Shown piece after piece: positions 19,954 through 28,609 of a DNA stretch of 64,000 nt. Origin of the DNA: Candidatus Aeolococcus gillhamiae (GTDB taxonomy: Bacteria; Chloroflexota; Dormibacteria; Aeolococcales; Aeolococcaceae). The stretch's first letter is position 1. Each line of letters starts with the position of its first letter. The DNA is taken from the NCBI GenBank assembly GCA_003244045.1, contig QHBU01000256.1, forward strand, positions 9,892 to 73,891. The letters are read 5' to 3'. Made by a program: the position numbers and the translations under genes. The notes under the pieces were generated by a model, which saw nothing but the letters and a program-made list of their open reading frames with translations, did no database searches and was not told the origin of the DNA.

Positions 19954-21210
19954 TCAGGAAGCAGCGCGGCGGGCTGCTCGGACGGGCGTCTCGTCGAGCT
20001 CGGGCACCGGCTCCTCGACAGCGTGCGCGGCGATGATTGGGCGGTTGGCTCGGGTGTCCGGGACGACGTGCGCGACGAGCTCGTCGATGGCGGTACGCAG
20101 GTCGCGCAGGCCGGTTCCTTTGGCTGCGGAGATGAGCACCGGCTCCATGCCGGCGATGGCGCCGAGGCGCTGGGCGACCTCGTTTGCCTCTGCGGAATCG
20201 AGGCGGTCGATCTTGTTCACCGCGAGGATGGCCGGTTGGTTGCAGCCCATCTCATCCAGCGTCTCGAGGACGGTCTCGAGCTGTGCCTCGGCGTCCGGGT
20301 GCGACGCGTCGACAACGACGGTGAGCAGGTGGGCCTCGCGAACCTCTTCGAGCGTGGCGCTGAAGGCTTCGACTAGCTCGTGCGGGAGCGACTGGATGAA
20401 GCCGACGGTGTCGGTGACGATGACGCGGCGCCCGCTGGAGAGGCCGAGCAGGCGTGAGGTGGGATCGAGCGTGGCGAACAGCAGGTTATCGGCGAGGACA
20501 GTTGAGTTGGTGAGGCGGTTGAGAAGGGTCGACTTGCCGGCGTTGGTGTAGCCGACCAGCGCGCAGGACGCCAGTGGCACCGCGGTGCGCGCCGTGCGGC
20601 GGGTGGTGCGCTGTCGCTGGATCTCCTTGAGTCGCTGGCGCAACCTGCGCAGCTTCTGGTTGATGAGGCGGCGGTCGACCTCGATCTGCTTCTCACCCAT
20701 GCCGCCGCGCATCCCACCCGTGCCGACACGACCGCGCTGCCGTTCGAGGTGAGCCCAGCCGCCCGCGAGGCGCGAGAGCTGGTGTGCGAGCTGGGCCATC
20801 TCGACCTGTACCCGGCCCTCGGCACTGCGGGCGCGCCGCCCGAAGATGGCCAGGATGACGTCGGTGCGGTCGAGCACCGGCACGCCCCATGTCTCCTGCA
20901 GGTTGCGCTGCTGGCGCGGTGAGAGCTGGTCGTTGACCAGCGCAGCCGGGCTGCGGAGTTCCTCGATGCGAGCCCCGAGCGCCTCGACGGTGCCGGAGCC
21001 GAAGAACGTGCCCGGATGCACCTCGCGCAGAGGCACGGCGGCGCGCTCGACAACAGTCGTCCCGAGTGTGCGTGCCAGCTCCTCGAGCTCGTCGAGCTCG
21101 ATCTCGGTCTGTTCTCGCCGCGAGCTCCGCTGGAACGAGCCGGCGATGAGCACCCGGGTCAGCGCCGTGCCCAGGACGGGTGCGGAGGCCGCCCCTCTCT
21201 GTCGTGCCAT
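19954..21210 (-). CDS. hflX: GTPase HflX
   Basis: LSPRQQRNL, GYTNAGKSTL, LFATLDPT, DTVGFI, NKID, ISA. Confidence 0.96.
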   Translation of the reverse strand: MARQRGAASAPVLGTALTRVLIAGSFQRSSRREQTEIELDELEELARTLGTTVVERAAVPLREVHPGTFFGSGTVEALGARIEELRSPAALVNDQLSPRQQRNLQETWGVPVLDRTDVILAIFGRRARSAEGRVQVEMAQLAHQLSRLAGGWAHLERQRGRVGTGGMRGGMGEKQIEVDRRLINQKLRRLRQRLKEIQRQRTTRRTARTAVPLASCALVGYTNAGKSTLLNRLTNSTVLADNLLFATLDPTSRLLGLSSGRRVIVTDTVGFIQSLPHELVEAFSATLEEVREAHLLTVVVDASHPDAEAQLETVLETLDEMGCNQPAILAVNKIDRLDSAEANEVAQRLGAIAGMEPVLISAAKGTGLRDLRTAIDELVAHVVPDTRANRPIIAAHAVEEPVPELDETPVRAARRAAS

Positions 21211-21263
21211 GTCCGGTTAGCCTATTCCATTGCCGTCAGCCACGCTCTGGGATCCTCGCAGTC

Positions 21264-21923
21264 ATGAGTGCTCGAAATCGACCTGTGCGGGTGGCGATCG
21301 AAGCCACCGAGAAGCGCGCCTTCGCGAGCGCCGTCGACTGGCCCGGCTGGTCGCGGACCGCCAAGACCGGCGAGGCCGCCCTCCAGGCGCTCGCTGAGCA
21401 CGCGGAGCGGTACGCAGTGGTGGCGGCCCAGGCAGGACTCTCATTTGCGCCAGGGGAATACACGATCATCGAGCGTGTGCGGGGAACGGCGACGACGGAC
21501 TTCGGCGCGCCGGACGTTCCCACCGCCGCCGAGCGGCAGCCGCTCACGAGCGCGGACGCGCATCGCATGGTGAAGCTCGTTGAGGCCGCCTGGGCGGTTC
21601 TCGACCGTGTCGCGCGCGATGCTCCGCCGTCGCTGCGCAAGGGACCGCGCGGCGGCGGCCGCGACCGCGACGCCATCGTCGAGCACGTGCTCGCCGCCGA
21701 GCACGCCTCCGCGCGCAAGCTGGGAGTCAAGGTGGCGGCCCCTCACCGCGGTGAGAAGACGGCGATCGCGACCATGCGAGGAACGATCGTCGAGGTGCTT
21801 CGAGATGCGCGCTCCGCTGACGCGCTCGTCGAGCGCGGCTGGTTGCCCCGATACGCCGCGCGACGCATCGCCTGGCACGCGCTCGACCACGCTTGGGAGA
21901 TCGAGAACCGCAGCCAGGCGTGA
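21264..21923 (+). CDS. Hypothetical protein (HicB-like N-terminus, DinB-like C-terminus)
   Basis: FASAVDWPGWSR and RRIAWHALDHAWEIE motifs; coding-like composition. Confidence 0.6.
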   Translation: MSARNRPVRVAIEATEKRAFASAVDWPGWSRTAKTGEAALQALAEHAERYAVVAAQAGLSFAPGEYTIIERVRGTATTDFGAPDVPTAAERQPLTSADAHRMVKLVEAAWAVLDRVARDAPPSLRKGPRGGGRDRDAIVEHVLAAEHASARKLGVKVAAPHRGEKTAIATMRGTIVEVLRDARSADALVERGWLPRYAARRIAWHALDHAWEIENRSQA

Positions 21924-21924
21924 G

Positions 21925-22344
21925 TCAGGAGCGGCGACGGACCGCCGCCGCCGGCGGCGGCGGCAGGTCGGCGATGCGGCAGGGGATGTCCTCGTCCTCG
22001 TTGATGTGATAACTGGCGCAGATGCGGTGGTAACCGTCAGCCACGGTCAGCATGCGGTCGTGGTACAGGCCGCCACGGACCAGCAGGACAGGCGACAGTT
22101 TCTCGCCCTTCTTCACCTTCTTCAGGTCCTTGTTCATCTCGCCGTCGTCAGCCGGCAGGAGCGGCAGCCCGCTGGCGCGGAGCAGGTCCTTCGCCTTCTT
22201 TGTGGTAGGCGATGCAGTGCGAAGACGGCGGACGACTGCGCGAACGGCTGCGGTGTCGAACAGCAGGCTGAGGTAGTCCGCTGCCGCCTCGAAGTCATGG
22301 GCGGCCGGTTCCCGATCCCACAGTTCCTTGGACTTGGGGCTCAT
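21925..22344 (-). CDS. Small hypothetical protein with ParB/Srx-like motif
   Basis: LSPVLLVR...VADGYHR; RBS-like GGAGA upstream. Confidence 0.65.
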   Translation of the reverse strand: MSPKSKELWDREPAAHDFEAAADYLSLLFDTAAVRAVVRRLRTASPTTKKAKDLLRASGLPLLPADDGEMNKDLKKVKKGEKLSPVLLVRGGLYHDRMLTVADGYHRICASYHINEDEDIPCRIADLPPPPAAAVRRRS

Positions 22345-22371
22345 GTCACATTCTCCGTTGATCCGACAGCG

Positions 22372-23175
22372 TCACGGCTGGGGGCGTGACTGGCCACCCT
22401 GGGCGGCACGCGTCGCCTCGGCATCGCCACCTGCACCACGCAAAATGTAGGCGAAGAGCACGGCGACAAGCGCACCGAGGAGCGGCCCGACCACGTACAG
22501 CCACGTGTGCGTGAGGTTCCCCCGCACCAGGTCCGGGGCGAAGGAGCGGACCGGGTTCATCGACGCGCCGCTCAGCGGGTCCGCCCACAAACCGGCGAGC
22601 GCGATGTAACCACCGACCGCAAGGGCTGACAGCCCCCCCACGTTCTGCGCGCTGGACGCGGTTCCGAGGATCACGCTGACCAACCCCATAGTGAGCGCCA
22701 GCTCGACCAGCATTGCTTGGAGATCGGAGACGGAGTGCCCCGGCACGGTGGCGCCGAACTTGCCGGGCGTGCCGAACACGGCCCAGAGAAAGAGGCAGGC
22801 GAGCAGGCCGCCGATCACCTGGCTGACGACATAGCCTGGTACGCGCCACCACGGGAAGTCACGGCGGAGCGCGAAGGCGATGCTGACCACCGGGTTCAAG
22901 TGCGCGCCGCCGACCTTGCCCATGAAGAGGATCACGGCCATGACCGTCAGTCCCGGCACGGTTACCGCCGCCGCTCGCGAGATGGGCATGCCGGTCACAG
23001 AGACGGCGACGCTGCTGCCCACGCCGCCAACCACGAGCAGGAATGTCCCGAGCACCTCGGCAAAGACGCGCCGCCACCACCGCGAGGTGTCGCGGAAGTC
23101 GTGGGCCCATCCCGGTTCGGCCTTGGGCTCCGCGCCCGACGAGAGATCCTCCGGGCGGACGTGTGCGGCGGTCAC
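22372..23175 (-). CDS. Aquaporin (MIP family)
   Basis: AEVLGTF, GAHLNPV, GASMNPVRS; six-TM pattern. Confidence 0.93.
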   Translation of the reverse strand: MTAAHVRPEDLSSGAEPKAEPGWAHDFRDTSRWWRRVFAEVLGTFLLVVGGVGSSVAVSVTGMPISRAAAVTVPGLTVMAVILFMGKVGGAHLNPVVSIAFALRRDFPWWRVPGYVVSQVIGGLLACLFLWAVFGTPGKFGATVPGHSVSDLQAMLVELALTMGLVSVILGTASSAQNVGGLSALAVGGYIALAGLWADPLSGASMNPVRSFAPDLVRGNLTHTWLYVVGPLLGALVAVLFAYILRGAGGDAEATRAAQGGQSRPQP

Positions 23176-23261
23176 AGCTTCCTCACGCCCGCCGAGTATG
23201 AGCGTGCGGAGCGCCTCCCGACGGTAGGTCGCGTACGCTCAAGCGAAAAGGAGCGACTCCG

Positions 23262-23726
23262 ATGGCACTTCTCACCGTTGGCGACCCGGCCCCGGACATC
23301 ACCGCGCGCAGCCGCGACGGCACGACGCTCACGCTGTCGTCCCTGCGAGGACGCCACGTGTTGGTGTACTTCTATCCCAAGGACGATACGCCGGGATGCA
23401 CGGCCGAGGCCTGCGGTCTCAACGACAACCTCACCGCCCTGTCCGAGAGCGGGGCCGATGTAATCGGCGTCAGCACCGACAGTTGGGAGTCACACCAGCG
23501 GTTCGCCGAGAAGTACGGGCTGAAGTTCGCGCTTGCGTCCGACCGTGACAAGAGCATCCGCAAGGCATATGGCGTCGGCAAGATGCTCGGCATCCTCCCC
23601 GCCGTGCAGCGCGTGTCTTTCCTCGTCGGACCGGACGGCAGGATCGTCCACGTGTGGCCCAAGGTCGAAGCCGCGCGCCACGCCGCCGACGTCCTTCAGG
23701 AGGTGCGCAGCCAGCGGGCTGCATAG
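23262..23726 (+). CDS. bcp: Peroxiredoxin Bcp/PrxQ
   Basis: YFYPKDDTPGCTAEAC. Confidence 0.93.
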   Translation: MALLTVGDPAPDITARSRDGTTLTLSSLRGRHVLVYFYPKDDTPGCTAEACGLNDNLTALSESGADVIGVSTDSWESHQRFAEKYGLKFALASDRDKSIRKAYGVGKMLGILPAVQRVSFLVGPDGRIVHVWPKVEAARHAADVLQEVRSQRAA

Positions 23727-23755
23727 CCGGCTGCGGGTCCAGGTGAGGACGGATC

Positions 23756-23779
23756 TGGAGGCGCCGGGAATCGAACCCG
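23756..23779 (-). repeat. att site: displaced tmRNA 3' fragment
   Basis: TGGAGGCGCCGGGAATCGAACCCG identical to 33499-33522. Confidence 0.95.
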
Positions 23780-23880
23780 ACGGGGGGTGTTTCAGGCCGT
23801 CGCAGCGCGTGTCAGGACGTCGATTTGAATACGCCGACCGTCCGCACACGTGTCAGGCGTTGTCAGCGCGTTGCACCGGG

Positions 23881-23901
23881 TTGGCTTCAGAATTGGCTTC
23901 A
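23881..23901 (+). repeat. Integrase arm-type tandem repeat (left)
   Basis: TTGGCTTCA-GAA-TTGGCTTCA; counterpart at 33437-33457. Confidence 0.75.
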
Positions 23902-25077
23902 CCCGTCGGCTGTCCTGCGCCCGGTCAGAGCCGCCTCCAGTCGGTCGGCGGCGTCTCGAAGCACTGCCGTTCGGACGTGCGTGTACGTCTCGAGGGTGAC
24001 TGCGGTTGTCGAGTGCCCAAGCATCTCGCTGATTGTTTTCGGTTCGACACCAAGCGAGAACAGGAAGGACGCTGCGGAGTGCCGCAGGTCGTGGAACCGC
24101 ACGCGCGGAACGCCGCCGCGGATCAGCAGCGCTTCGTACGCGCGACGGAAGCTGGTGATGGCCAATGCCCGGCCGTGAGGGCCGGTGAACACCAGGTCCG
24201 CCCCGGGCTCCGGTCCGTCCCACAGCCGTCCCGCCGCCAGCCTCTCCTCCGCCTGGCGTGCGCGCTGAGCCCGCAGGGCGACGACGGCAACGTTGACCAG
24301 AGGCAGACCTCGCTGCTTGCTCGCTCGTCGTTTTGGGGACGAGTAGATCGCGTCTGGCGACTCTTGTCCGCCCAAGGCGCGGCGCGAAGCCCTGGTGCGT
24401 GTTCGTAGCACGCGATATTCACGCCGTTCTAGATCCACATCTGTCCAACGCAGACCGAGGAGCTCGCCTCGTCGTCGGCCGGTAGTGAGCGCCAGCACCC
24501 ACATTGCCGCGAATGGATCCGCACCTGCAGCGATCAGAAGGCGGCCCGCCTGCTCCTCGTCGAGAGTGGTGATTTCCGTGTCTGCTCGACGCGGCACGGA
24601 CACCAGGCTCGCGGGATTGCGCGAGATGAGTCCGTCGCGCACGGCGTCCGCCAACGCTCGGTGCAATGTCGTCTGGAAATGTCCGACCGTTGTCGGCGAC
24701 CACCGGCCGCTCGCGAGCTTACGTCCCTGCCACGCGACTATATCGAGACGGCGCAGTCGGGACAGGCGCATATGCCCGAGATCGGGTATCAAGTGAACGC
24801 GGATGTGGCCCTCGAAGCTGTCCCACGCCGAGGGCTTGATCGTCCCGCGCATCCCCTCGATCCAGCGGAACAGGAAGTCGCGAAGGAGCACGCGGTCGTC
24901 GGGCACGTCCTCACCCTTCTTCAGTGCGGCGATCGCCGCGAACATGCGGGCTACCACGTCGGCGCGCGTCCGACCGTAGAAGTGCTTGCGGCGACCGTCG
25001 GAGAGGCTGACACGGGCTACCCAGCGCCCGCGGTAGCGTCCGACTGTTCCCTCGCCGTTGCCGCGCCTTCCTGCCAC
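23899..25077 (-). CDS. int: Tyrosine recombinase/integrase
   Basis: RRGNGEGT arm-binding N-terminus, TGRRRGELLGL (R), FHDLRH, LGHS...TY catalytic residues. Confidence 0.95.
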   Translation of the reverse strand: MAGRRGNGEGTVGRYRGRWVARVSLSDGRRKHFYGRTRADVVARMFAAIAALKKGEDVPDDRVLLRDFLFRWIEGMRGTIKPSAWDSFEGHIRVHLIPDLGHMRLSRLRRLDIVAWQGRKLASGRWSPTTVGHFQTTLHRALADAVRDGLISRNPASLVSVPRRADTEITTLDEEQAGRLLIAAGADPFAAMWVLALTTGRRRGELLGLRWTDVDLERREYRVLRTRTRASRRALGGQESPDAIYSSPKRRASKQRGLPLVNVAVVALRAQRARQAEERLAAGRLWDGPEPGADLVFTGPHGRALAITSFRRAYEALLIRGGVPRVRFHDLRHSAASFLFSLGVEPKTISEMLGHSTTAVTLETYTHVRTAVLRDAADRLEAALTGRRTADG

Positions 25078-25087
25078 GCTTTGAAGC

Positions 25088-25327
25088 CTACGCCTCGCCC
25101 GGCGGTGCCATGAGGGCCGATACGTACGCCTCGAGATCCTCCACGCGGATGCGGGTGAGGTGTCCGAGTTTTACGACCTGCAGCCGGCCTCGGCCGACCT
25201 CGCGGTAGAGGCTGCTCCTGCTCACTTGCAGTCGGTCCGCGGCCTGGCACATCGTCAGGAGCAGAGGGAAGTCGGGGCGAACGAACAATGCCGCTGTCCT
25301 GTCAGAGATCGCGCTCGAGTCGGACAC
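25088..25327 (-). CDS. xis: Excisionase-like helix-turn-helix protein
   Basis: LLLTMCQAADRLQVSRSSLYREVGRGRL...RIRVEDLEAY; immediately upstream of int. Confidence 0.85.
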   Translation of the reverse strand: MSDSSAISDRTAALFVRPDFPLLLTMCQAADRLQVSRSSLYREVGRGRLQVVKLGHLTRIRVEDLEAYVSALMAPPGEA

Positions 25328-25481
25328 GTCTGTACCGGCACTCCCATAGGTAGTAGCTTTGGATGGAGAAGCGCTTCAACTCTCATAACCCTCCGCTGGG
25401 CCGGCCATCGGACACATCGAGGCGAGGGACCTCCTCGCCCTCGGGTTCGGCGGTGCTGCCCGCCTTGGCTGTCGAGCGCCA

Positions 25482-26195
25482 CTACATCGACTTCCTACGC
25501 TTCTGAAACGCCCTCACGTCGGCTGCCGACAGCGCGAACCACTCGCTGGTCCCCAGCCGCGCGTCCGCAAACCGCCGATGCCAGTAGCTCTCGATTCCAG
25601 TGATATCGTCCGTTTCTATCTTGTGAATGACAACGTGCGGGTGAGGGAGTTGGATCGCAAACTGCCGCGACCGCTGGCCCAACCTCTTGGTCTTGCCGAT
25701 CTTGTACTGGTGACCCGACTTGATGAGGTAAACGACGCCGCTGTCGGTGATGGTCTCTACCGTACGTCTGGCGTCGACGCTCACAGAGTTCTGAATCAGT
25801 GGCCAGACATCGGCACAGTCTTCCCGGCCACGACAGTACTCGACCACAATCGTCCTGACAGCATTGGTGCCACCGAAACGTCGGACAGTTTCGACGCTTG
25901 GAAAGGTCGCGTCACTCCGCCGCTCGATGCTCCAGTCGCGCCAGGTTGGGTAACGACCCAAACGGCGAGCCAGATCGACAATGCTGGCCGCAACGAAGGA
26001 GCGCGTATATGAGGCATGGGGCACATTGGGCTCGAAGCCTGCCTCGCTAAGCGCGTCACCCCACCGTGCCCAATAGTGGCTCCAGGTGTGAGGTGTTATC
26101 CCCGTTGCCTTCTCGAACGAGCGGTAGCCCAGTGGCCGACCGTCATTCGCCGCGGCGGTTCGACGTACCTCAGCTAGAATGCGTTGCCGGTCCAT
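25482..26195 (-). CDS. GIY-YIG (T5orf172/MUG113-like) nuclease with N-terminal homing-endonuclease-associated repeats
   Basis: GVVYLIKSGHQYKIGKT...IESYWHRRF...SEWF; N-terminus with WARWGDALSEAG and LGRYPT...FPS...RRFG repeats. Confidence 0.8.
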   Translation of the reverse strand: MDRQRILAEVRRTAAANDGRPLGYRSFEKATGITPHTWSHYWARWGDALSEAGFEPNVPHASYTRSFVAASIVDLARRLGRYPTWRDWSIERRSDATFPSVETVRRFGGTNAVRTIVVEYCRGREDCADVWPLIQNSVSVDARRTVETITDSGVVYLIKSGHQYKIGKTKRLGQRSRQFAIQLPHPHVVIHKIETDDITGIESYWHRRFADARLGTSEWFALSAADVRAFQKRRKSM

Positions 26196-26258
26196 TATTC
26201 AGCCCGGTAGGGTACCGCGATGCTCCCCGAGATTTTCGCGCAGTAAACTCGGGCGATC

Positions 26259-26915
26259 GTGAAGGATGGCAGCCCGTTGGGTCAACGCGACGATCTGTTG
26301 GCGGAGATCGCCGATTACGTACTGCCGATCCTCAAGCCCTATCAACTTTCGCTGTACCTCTATCTGCTGCGGCGCAGTCAAGTAGCCGGGCACCCATTCG
26401 TTCGGGTGGGCAAGCGAACCATTGGCGTTGGTTTGGGGAAGAGTACAAGGTCTTCGCAGAGCAACTACCAGCACATCGGCGAGCAACTCAATGGGTTGGC
26501 GGAACTCGGCTTTCTTGTCATCGGTGATGTAACGCGCGAAGGGACACTCTACGAAGTTCGCCTACCTCGGGCGGTACCGGCGGTACGTGAGCTGCTGGCC
26601 CTCAGCGCCGATACCGCTCCTGAGTCCGTCGATCACTACCACTCGCCAGAACTGCGGCGAGCTCTCTTCGAGCGCGATCACTGGACTTGTCATTACTGCG
26701 CGGAAGTCGTCAATGAGAGCAACGCGACTTTGGATCACCTCGTCCCGGTTTCCGGCCTAGGCGACAACTCACCCTCCAACCTCGTCACCGCCTGTCTCGA
26801 ATGTAATTCGATCAAGTCCGGTCGGACCTATGAGGAGGCGGCGGCCGGCATCCTGGCGTCTGTCCGCAGGCGCAGGCTTGCTGGTGGAACGACGCTCGAC
26901 CCCGATCTCATATAG
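26259..26915 (+). CDS. HNH endonuclease with N-terminal winged-helix domain
   Basis: FERDHWTCHYC...TLDHLVPVS...NLVTACLECNSIK; N-terminal LYLYLLRRS...L-AELGF wHTH-like pattern. Confidence 0.85.
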   Translation: MKDGSPLGQRDDLLAEIADYVLPILKPYQLSLYLYLLRRSQVAGHPFVRVGKRTIGVGLGKSTRSSQSNYQHIGEQLNGLAELGFLVIGDVTREGTLYEVRLPRAVPAVRELLALSADTAPESVDHYHSPELRRALFERDHWTCHYCAEVVNESNATLDHLVPVSGLGDNSPSNLVTACLECNSIKSGRTYEEAAAGILASVRRRRLAGGTTLDPDLI

Positions 26916-26995
26916 GTCGCACGCCTTCCTGCGCCGAGATCTGGAAGGTTGTCCTACGCCCTGACTGGGGCGCGGATTACAGCCGCGAAGCTGGC

Positions 26996-27262
26996 CTAGG
27001 GGTGGCGACTCCGTCGGCGGCGCACGTCGACAACGCGCGCAACGTAAAGGGTCCGATGGCGCTCGGTGTAGTAGACCCCTTGAGGGGGGACCGGCCAGTA
27101 GCGCCGGCCGGGGCGCACCTCCGGACCCAGTGCGAAACCGGCCTCGGCCATCCATTCCATCGTGTTCACGACGGCCTCTGCCTGCCCCGGGGCGCGCTCG
27201 TGAAGCTGCTCGAGGTACCGTAGCGCGCTGTCCGACCAACTCAGCCTGAACGGCGTCGGCAA
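26996..27262 (-). CDS. RelE/ParE-like type II toxin
   Basis: FRLSWSDSALRYLEQL...GVYY...LYVARVVDVRR; 88 aa, basic, 2 nt downstream of an acidic partner. Confidence 0.65.
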   Translation of the reverse strand: MPTPFRLSWSDSALRYLEQLHERAPGQAEAVVNTMEWMAEAGFALGPEVRPGRRYWPVPPQGVYYTERHRTLYVARVVDVRRRRSRHP

Positions 27263-27264
27263 CG

Positions 27265-27483
27265 CTAGACGAGCTCGTCCGTGGGCGGCGTAGCGTCGGG
27301 CGGCGGCAAACCCAAACGCCGTCGGACATCCTCAGTCGAGTGCAGCTCCGACGCGGGAATCTGGCCGGCGTCGAGCCGTCGTTCGAACTCCTCGAGATCG
27401 GCGCTGAGGGCGGCGTCATCCTCCAGGAGCTCGAGCCCTTCCGCCTGGATCGGGTCAACGGGCTCGTGTCGATGGGTGGCCAT
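27265..27483 (-). CDS. Putative antitoxin (72 aa, acidic)
   Basis: LEEFERRLDAGQ...HSTEDVRRRLGL resembles antitoxin C-termini; upstream of toxin. Confidence 0.6.
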   Translation of the reverse strand: MATHRHEPVDPIQAEGLELLEDDAALSADLEEFERRLDAGQIPASELHSTEDVRRRLGLPPPDATPPTDELV

Positions 27484-27718
27484 GGGGCCACCGTACCACG
27501 GCCAGCAGTGACCCACTATGCCACCTCGTCGCCATCCACTCGAGCGGTCCCCGTTCGGCCATTCTGTGGTCGTCCGGCATCTCCCGGGGCGCCGCACTCA
27601 CGGTCGGCGCTCCCGACCTGGTGACGCTTGAGAGCCACCATTGGCAGCGCCGACTCCGTCGAACCCCGAGGTGGTCAACGGACTCAGACGGTTCAGCTAG
27701 ACTGCCGCCCCAGTGCCA

Positions 27719-28522
27719 ATGGGACACAACCGGGTGGGGCGGGCCGCCGTACTCGGTTTGCTCGCATCCGCCATGGCTGCCTGTGGCGGCGGAACCACCT
27801 CGGGGACTCCGAACACCGCGGGTAGCGCCGTCCCCTCTGGTGGAGCGTCTGCGTCCGCGCCTGCGGCGCAGCCGACGAAGTCCCAGTACCTGGCCGGAAC
27901 CGCAGCCCCAGTTTTTCCAGCAGGATCGCCGAATCAACTTGCTGTGGTCGCTCAAGCGGGCCTCACTCTGCCGGTACCGAGCGGCGGGGAACCGGTGCCG
28001 ATTGCCGTGCGGAATAACACGACTCGGACGGTGACGCACGTCACGGCGTCCGGGACCGTCCACGACAGTACGGGCAAGCCCGTCGCTACAGGCTCAGACC
28101 AAGGTTTTCATCCGGCCCTTCTTGAGCCCGGGCAGTTCGCGCTTGGGTTTATCTATCTGGGCGTGGGCACCAGCGTCCCCAGCGGGTCCACGCTGTCGGT
28201 GCAGGCGACGGCGACCCCAAGTGCTGGGCCAAACACATACTTCGCCGACTTGCTGGTGACCGAGGTGAATGACACCGGTCAGCAGATCGTTGGAACGGTA
28301 AAGAATCCGCGCGACCACGCGGTTACTGCGCCGTATAGCGTCGACGTTTTCTGCGTGGATTCATCGGGCACCCTGCTAAACGAATTCGGCGGGTTCGCTG
28401 ACGTCAGTACCGACCTAGCCGCCGGGGGGACCTCCCCGTTTACGGTCAGCCTCTACGGGTCGCAGTGCGCTCAGTTCCTAATCGGAGCCAGCGGGTACGA
28501 CATGACAGCGGCGGGGAACTAA
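27719..28522 (+). CDS. Lipoprotein with FxLYD-like beta-sandwich domains
   Basis: Lipobox MAAC-GG, Ser/Ala-rich linker, VRNNT and GTVKNP...LAAGGTSPF repeats. Confidence 0.7.
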   Translation: MGHNRVGRAAVLGLLASAMAACGGGTTSGTPNTAGSAVPSGGASASAPAAQPTKSQYLAGTAAPVFPAGSPNQLAVVAQAGLTLPVPSGGEPVPIAVRNNTTRTVTHVTASGTVHDSTGKPVATGSDQGFHPALLEPGQFALGFIYLGVGTSVPSGSTLSVQATATPSAGPNTYFADLLVTEVNDTGQQIVGTVKNPRDHAVTAPYSVDVFCVDSSGTLLNEFGGFADVSTDLAAGGTSPFTVSLYGSQCAQFLIGASGYDMTAAGN

Positions 28523-28609
28523 CGAGCCGTCGGCATCAAAACGTTTCCTGGACGCTCCCGGCGAAGCCAGCTGGATCTCATGAGCCTTGAGCCGCGCGAG
28601 AGCAAGTTC

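Noticed and set aside
26199-26486. 95-aa minus-strand ORF upstream of the GIY-YIG gene
   Set aside because: Lies mostly antisense to the better-supported wHTH-HNH gene and has no recognisable motif
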